From Eledone cirrhosa (lineage: Eukaryota), in the NCBI GenBank assembly GCA_964016885.1, contig OZ024746.1, forward strand, positions 19,468,001 through 19,532,000: 64,000 bases of DNA, read 5' to 3'. Below, in pieces: positions 57,042-64,000 of the stretch. Position 1 is the first letter of the stretch, and every line of letters begins with the position of its first letter. The notes below the pieces were generated by a model. It saw nothing but the letters and a program-made list of their open reading frames with translations, was not told where the DNA came from and did not search any database. The translations under genes were made by a program, and so were the position numbers.

Positions 57042-58309
57042 TTCACATTTTCCCCAAAACTTTGGATGGTGACGGCCGAATTGCCTATGATCATATGTCT
57101 GCTTGATCAATGCTGGTTGACCTGGGGCTAAACAACATCAACAATATTGAAAATCCTCTGTAGTAAAGTAGTAAATGTAATAACGAGGTTAATAACTAAC
57201 CACAATAGTAACAACAACAACATACAAACAATCACAATAACAAATGCAGTGACGACATAATAATAATATCCACCTTTACAAACAGAAACAACATCAACAA
57301 CAAGAGCAACAACAGCAACAGACAATGATGAAGATTTGTTTCATGATCCCTAATTAAGTCATCTTATCTGCCACAGAAAACTTTTGTATTAAGCCGTTTT
57401 ATTAAAATGGCGTCCGAGCGTTCGTCATAGCTTTGTCATCAGACAATAGGTTTATCAAGTCTATAAGCCCTTGATCGGAAATTTTCATTCTCGGATTTCC
57501 TGTTCATATAATTGCAAAACGTAAATTGTAAATATATATATACATATATATAAATATAAATAAATACAATAAATATAAATATAAAAAAAAACGTAAAATA
57601 TTACACAGGACTAGCTGCACAATAGTCTATTGTATTCTTCGGTTACATTTTATGACAAAACTGCTGGTAGTAGTAGTGTGTACCAATTCTCAGTGCACAC
57701 TGACTACTACAAGCAATGTTCTTAAAGCTAGAGCTGTAGTTGGGTTTTATTTGTTTAGATTTCACGCATTTAATCTAGTTTCCATATAATAAAATACGTA
57801 ATCAAAAACTCAAGAGAAATTCTTAAATGGTATCCTTTGATAATTCCCATAGATTGTCATATCTTAAAATTATGTTAGAATTGCCTTATATACTCAAATA
57901 AGGCGATTCCAACATAGTTTCAAAACTATATATAGTTTCAAAGCTATATATATATAGGCTTAGTGGTTAGAACGTTGGGCTTACAATCGCCTGGTCGTGA
58001 GTTCAATTCCGGTACCAGGCGGTGTGCTGAGTCCTTGAGTAAAACACTTTGACCAGGTGGTGTGTTGAGTCCTTGAGTAAAACACTTTATTTCATGTTAC
58101 TCAGCTGTAGAATGTTGCGGCATCACTGGTGCCACGCTGTATCGGTCTTACCACTTTCCCTTGGTCAACATAATCTATACTGTATATATGGTGTATATTA
58201 TAGTCTCTACCTTTCTGTACTCCAATGGGCTGAAACTTGGATAGGATTGATTAAACATTAAGTAAATCTAAAGATTTAATTAAGCTGTTGCTAATATTTT
58301 AGTCCTAAA

Positions 58310-58530
58310 AAGGGCGATGGATTGGCAGTATCGGTAGAGGGTCGGACGCCATGCTTTGCAGTTTAGAGTTACGGCCCTTTATGATCTGAGTTCAAATCCC
58401 GCCGAGGTTAACTTTGCCTTTCGTCCTTGTGGGGTCGATGAAATAAAGTACCAGTCACGCACTGGGATCAATTTAATCGACTTTCCCCTCCCCAAAATTG
58501 CTGGCCTTGTGCCTATATAAGAAACCAATA
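58310..58530 (+). mobile_element. SINE family A
   Basis: Core match. Confidence 0.8.
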
Positions 58531-59347
58531 TTCTAGTCCTTAAATCACGGGTTCCCTATAAATTTACACCCAGGTCTAAATATCTTCTACTCAGGGAGTA
58601 AATTTGATGATTCCCGGACCGGGCGATACATTATGTCCTTGAACAAGACACTTTATTTCACGTTGCTCTTTCTTTATGTCAAGAGTTGCGACTGGTAGAT
58701 GGTATCAGCAATAGAAAGACCAATGGAAGCATTATTTCCTTGGTCCGATTTGACGAGTTCCACCCCACTCGGTAAGTGAATGAGGCGTGGAGTCTTGTCT
58801 ATGGGAATTCTCTCATTGGTTGACTTCTCATTATCTGAATACTTCTAAAGGAATTTTCGGCCTTGAAATTGCGAAGATATTTTCAGTGAGTTAGTATGTT
58901 TCCCCACTCGCCATATTCAGACTGCGAAACTATTTGTATGTTTGCAGCACGCGCGCGCATATATGTATGTGTGCATGTATGTATGTATGTGTACGTGTGT
59001 GCATGTGTGTGTTTGTGTGTATGCATGCGTGTGTATATGTGTGTGTGTGTGTGTCTGTCTGTGTGTATATGTGTATGCGTGCTTTTGGGTGTGTTTGTTT
59101 TTGTGTGTGTATGTGTGTGTGTCTGTATGTGTGTGTACATATGTATATCCAACTAAAACTTTTCGTCTAAGAAGTAATGTTTACGATAAAATTAGTTTGC
59201 TCATCGCTGAAAGGGAGAAGTTTCCTTTCTCGACTTCCCCAGGAAATAAAGGAAAGACTTCAAATACAGAAAGACTTGTTGCTATTGGAAACAATCTGAA
59301 GACAGTAGTTCCTGTCGTTATATTTTAAGCAGAAACTATGGAAGCAA

Positions 59348-59545
59348 TAATAATTGTTTCTACTTTTGGCACAAGGCCAGCAATTATCCCAGTGCATTAC
59401 TGGTACTTTATTTCATCGACCCCGTAAGGATGAAAGGCAAAGTTAACCTCGGCGGGATTTGAACTCAGAATGGCAAGGGCCGTAACTCTATGCGTTAAAG
59501 CATGGTATCCGACCTTCTGCTGATACTGCCAATCCACCGCCATAA
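59348..59545 (-). mobile_element. SINE family A
   Basis: Core match. Confidence 0.8.
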
Positions 59546-60059
59546 TAATTGTTGGAAGGTGCGTGGGTTTAGATTTGGTTGCTATTTCTAGCAGGTGAGA
59601 TAACCGCATAGAGGCTCCCAATTTTGCCAGACTTTGTAGTTGGATATTGTTAATGGTGTAACCGTAGTAAGTTATTATTTAGTCCAAAGTTAGACCTGAT
59701 TAAGCAGACGCACGATCAGTCAAAAAATGTCATTTTTTTAATTGTGGTATTTCGTGTTGCTGTTGTTGTTGCTGTCGTTGTTGCTGTTGTGACTCTTGTC
59801 ATTTCTGCCATTAAAGAAAAGAGAAAAGAATAACATACAAACAGGAGTGGCATTCACGTTAACACTCTGGAAAATTTCAACCGAAAAGATTTAACCATAT
59901 GGAAATATTTGACACTATCTTGGAAAATATTTAGGATAAACATCTATATTTAGACTCTTAAACATTAGAGAAAACACAAACACTAGTTACACACACACAC
60001 ACACACACACATAGCGTTCATACGCACACACACACACACACGCAGGGACACGCATAAAT

Positions 60060-60255
60060 ATATTCATTTTATTAAGGCTAAAGAGTGAATCTTGTTACTC
60101 TGGAGTTTCTCCTGGTTTTCGCAGTCATCAGACGAGACCCTGTGTGATGCAGGCGAAATTCCTAAGTACAAATGTCACTACTCATATAGCCTTAATAAAA
60201 TGAATATTTAAACTCTACTTCGGCATTGAGTACTCTTTTCTCTCGACCGTCAACT
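60060..60255. mobile_element. Fold-back element with a minus-strand hammerhead (60090-60137)
   Basis: Arms 60060-60080/60187-60207; minus strand tctcgt CTGATGA ctg..cagga GAAA ctccagag TA acaaga. Confidence 0.7.
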
Positions 60256-60269
60256 ACATACCGATATAT

Positions 60270-60347
<78 letters not shown>

Positions 60348-60469
60348 TGTAACTGGGGGAGGGGGTAGGAGGGACATGTTGTGGAATAAAAAGAGGGGGT
60401 GGAGTGGGGGGCGTCTGATAAATTAATAAGCGGAGGTGGGGGCAATTATTCAAGATCTGAGAATACATG

Positions 60470-60652
60470 AATTATTGACGGACGTAAGAATGAACACTCA
60501 ATACCGAAGCGGAGTTTAAATATTCATTTATTATAGCTAATCCTTGATACTCTGGAGTCTCACCTACGTACTCACCAGACAAGACTGGTGATCCTGTGAG
60601 TGCGCAGGTGAAACTTTAGAGTAATAAAGGTCACTAATAGCCATAATAAATG
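60470..60652. mobile_element. Fold-back element with back-to-back degenerate hammerhead cores
   Basis: TCACCAG acaaga CTGGTGA (60572-60591); tcctgtg..cgcaggt GAAA ctttagag TA; arms 60525-60539/60638-60652. Confidence 0.65.
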
Positions 60653-61011
60653 TATATATATATATATAGAAGATGAATAAATTGGGTATAATACCAGTTT
60701 CTTACCAAATGCGAAGAAACTCGATATATTAACCCCTTAGGAAAGGGTTCAGAGCATAATTTTTTTTTAATTATATACAATGGCGATGGAACTGGGGAGG
60801 GGGGGAGGGTATACCCCCTCCAATTATATTTTCTGCCCAAACCTCCAAAACACACATCTATTTGGATATGCGCTACAATTTATGTACATGTTATGTTTAT
60901 CGCATATCGAAGTTTTCAGACCATTTTAGAGTGCAAAGAGCTAAACTAATCACTACAATTAAATTGTCCAAATTTGCCCCTCCCCACCAATTCAGAAATG
61001 CTTCCACCGCT

Positions 61012-61058
<47 letters not shown>

Positions 61059-62149
61059 ATTCTTCTTTCTTCTTTTCCCAGCCTCATTACTGAGGGTCGA
61101 GAACCATGGACAATTGCTCGCGTTTTTTCTCAAAAGAGTGGACCTGCAATAATTTAAACAGAACAACAATATCTCTCCGGTCTTGGAAGACGTGTGAAGG
61201 TGATGGACACTTACCTCTTCTTTCAGACCTACCAAAATAATATACACAAAAATACTATATATACAAACTTCACAAACAACAGGCTTCCACAAAAATTTCG
61301 TATTAATCAACCCAAGGCTTGAACAAACCCCAAACCAGGACGCTACAAAACATTCCTCTGAAGCACACAGCCATTTCTGTGCCTATATTAAACGATATAT
61401 ATTTCATATAAATTATATAATCATTAACAATATACAAGGTAGCCCAGCCACTAGACCATTTAAAATTATAATATATATGATTTCTACTATCAAAAATAAT
61501 GATTTCTACAATACAATATATATAAAACGGTTTAGTTACTTTTGGGCCACTCTGTATATTGACAATAAGCACGCGTCCCTAATTTTGTTAATATTTTTAC
61601 TGTATATTTAGAAAATTTCTTTAAGATTCTGCATTTCAATGACAAATAAAGCAAATCAGTCAAAATGAACCAGAAAGACACGAACCTTCAATTACACACT
61701 ACAAGAGGGAATGCCGGTGTTGCTCTCTAAAGATCTTTGAAACAGCCCCAAAACACTCATGGCATTACCGCGGCTGGAATAACCAAGCGGCAGCAAAGAG
61801 CATCACCAGATACCTAAGCCGTAACGATGATAAAAACGTCGCTGTTTACTAATGTAAAATACACATACATGCTCGCATAGATAGAAAAAATATTAACTCC
61901 CACTCTGTTATAGAGCGCTACTTGAATTTACTTCAAGTAGAAAAGAACATTCCATCTTGCTTTTTCTTTCTTTTTCTTTTTATATGGCTAAGAAATGATG
62001 TCACAACAGGACCACACAAAGATCCATTATATCATAAGAAATTTTGAAAAATCTTGTGGTATGCTATCAAAAATATTTAGGTGACATTTAAGGAAAACAA
62101 GCGAGCCTAAAATTTCGGTCTCAAGTATAAGTTGATTATTAAGTTTCGG

Positions 62150-62534
62150 AGGACAGAGAGTTGCTCCAGGTAGAGCCGTTACTTCTCCGAATTGAGAAAT
62201 CACAGCTCCGATATTACGGACATGTGGTTAAAATGTCTCAGGAAAGAATCACTGGACACATTTTACAGGCAAAACCCATTGGCAAGAGACCAAGGGGTAG
62301 ACCCAGAGATAGACACAGAAAGAGACCCCAGGTAAGATGGTTTAGATAACGTCCATGAGCTCGGCTGGTCCCGCTTGGAGATATAGTTGGATTAATTAAT
62401 TGGAGATGGTTACTTTTGATAGGACCCGCTGGAAGGATTGTTTGAAGACTCTGACCCCACGACCCTCTCAGGAATAAGTGGACGAAGAAGAAGAAGAAGA
62501 AGAAGAAGAAGAAGAAGAAGAAGAAGAAGAAGAA
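62150..62534 (+). mobile_element. RTE-like LINE 3' end with (GAA)n tail
   Basis: IEKSQLRYYGHVVKM..GKRPRGRPR motif. Confidence 0.8.
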
Positions 62535-62865
62535 AGTTTTTGGACTCTTTTACATCAAGAATGGTGAATCTTGATTTTCTAAAAGCAAGTAGACGGTCAA
62601 TGATTTTACATTCAAATGTTCTTCCTGTGTACCCATTACTCAGGAGTGACAGGAAATTTACGACTACATTCTCAGCAATTTTATCTCATCCGTGTTTTTA
62701 TTTTTAATTCTTTTGTTTATTTGTTTCTTAGAACGCCGTCATAGATGGGATTGGTTATTATTGCATAAATTAAAAAACACAGAGTTGATTATAACAAATT
62801 ATATTCCCACAATTGGTTGAGGATATCAACACTTTCTCGTTTATATATATATATATATATATGCG

Positions 62866-63564
62866 ATGGAAAAGTATAAGACCCTCATAGAACTGGACAT
62901 GAAAGGAATTTGCCCATTATACAGGAGCAAATCATGGAATAGCTTAGATAGGGCTAGACATAAGATAGGGAAGGCCACATCATGGTACGACAACCAGAGA
63001 TATCAGAGTGTCATGTTTGTGGACGCCACTCCTGGGGGGAAATTAGCTAACCAGTGTAGAAAGGCCCTGAGAAAGACCCACTTAAAAATAAAGGTGGTAG
63101 AAAAGCCAGGAACCACCATAAAATCCCTGATCAGCAAAACCTACCCTTTTAAGAAAACCCACTGTACCAATAGGAAATGTATCATATGTAAGGTGAACCC
63201 CCGGATAAACTGTAAAACTAGAAACGTAGTCTATAGCATAAGATGTACAGAGGGTACTTGCAGAAACATGACAACAACATACATAGGTGAGACAGCTCGT
63301 AGCATAGGTGAAAGGATAGACCAACACTGGGGGGAACTAAAAGGACGAAAAAACGGGTCAGTACTATACGAACATGCTAGACAACATGACGGTAACATAG
63401 ACAACATAGAAATTAGAATAATATCTAAACATAGGAATGACCCAGCAGATAGGCAAATCAGAGAGGCCAGTGAAATAGAAATTAGAAGACCAAAGCTAAA
63501 CAGAAAGAATGAGTGGAACAACAACAACACCCAAACAAACAACACTGACCTAAGAGAAGTATAA
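62866..63564 (+). CDS. Penelope-like retroelement ORF C-terminus: RT thumb, Cys-rich linker, GIY-YIG endonuclease (5'-truncated)
   Basis: CTNRKCIIC linker; VVYSIRC..C..YIGETARSIGERIDQH..SVLYEH..H..RQIREA.EI..PKLN GIY-YIG with CCHH; begins right after (TA)n. Confidence 0.85.
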   Translation: MEKYKTLIELDMKGICPLYRSKSWNSLDRARHKIGKATSWYDNQRYQSVMFVDATPGGKLANQCRKALRKTHLKIKVVEKPGTTIKSLISKTYPFKKTHCTNRKCIICKVNPRINCKTRNVVYSIRCTEGTCRNMTTTYIGETARSIGERIDQHWGELKGRKNGSVLYEHARQHDGNIDNIEIRIISKHRNDPADRQIREASEIEIRRPKLNRKNEWNNNNTQTNNTDLREV

Positions 63565-63822
63565 ATAAGTAAATAAAATAAAATAAAATAAGATAAATAA
63601 ATACATACACAAGCACAATAACAACAAGCACATAAACACACAATAGTCACCCAGCAGACACAACACTAGTCACACAGCAAACATAACACTATACACACAC
63701 GCAAACGCATGCGCAAAGAACACAAAATAAAATAAACAAACAAGCAAATAAATAAATAAATATATAGACAGACTGAATAAAAAATGGCGTAGACATACAA
63801 CACAGCAGGAGGAAAAAATATA

Positions 63823-63865
63823 ACACCATTGACGATGTTGCAGATGTGCAACGAAAGATTTATGT
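63823..63865 (+). ncRNA. Hammerhead-like motif (C3U core variant, weak stem I)
   Basis: TTGACGA t gttgca-gatg-tgcaac GAAA gatt TA. Confidence 0.45.
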
Positions 63866-64000
63866 AAACTATATATATGTGTTTGTGTCTATATTGTATC
63901 TGTATTATTTTTGACCGTCGGTCAGTCAATGGCAACATTGAGGACCGAGTAAGTTAGATCGCAGATATAAAAGACAGCGAGAAGCGAAAACCAACCAAAC

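Larger units (their letters stand above)
62863..64000 (+). mobile_element. Penelope-like element 3' portion, including putative pseudo-LTR
   Basis: GIY-YIG ORF, A-rich 3' region and an HHR-like motif at 63823-63865; probably continues past the window edge. Confidence 0.7.

Noticed and set aside
61215-61228. 14-nt minus-strand microexon with good splice sites
   Set aside because: Frame-shifting length, no supporting context; such sites arise by chance (likewise the plus-strand candidates near 51749 and 53897)

Overview
AT-rich animal genomic DNA packed with (TA)n/(CA)n/(GA)n microsatellites. The SINE/LINE repertoire suggests a mollusc, probably an octopus-like cephalopod (inference). No host protein-coding exon can be supported; almost all long ORFs in the track are translations of simple repeats. 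Real coding remnants are retroelement-derived: RTE-type LINE pieces (one ~1.7 kb with RT and a PHD-like Cys/His insert), a CR1/L2-like 3' end, a possible pogo-type DDE relic, and a 5'-truncated Penelope-like element (RT thumb + Cys linker + GIY-YIG) at the right end. There are also many tRNA-derived SINEs of three families, mariner- and piggyBac-type MITEs, and a CpG-rich promoter with a likely non-coding first exon on the minus strand near 10 kb. The most striking signal is about a dozen type I hammerhead ribozyme (HHR) motifs from several divergent families. Most sit next to (TA)n tracts, many lie in fold-back palindromes whose axis falls on a ribozyme helix, and several are followed by a shared ACTC-N~9-TTGAGT hairpin motif.
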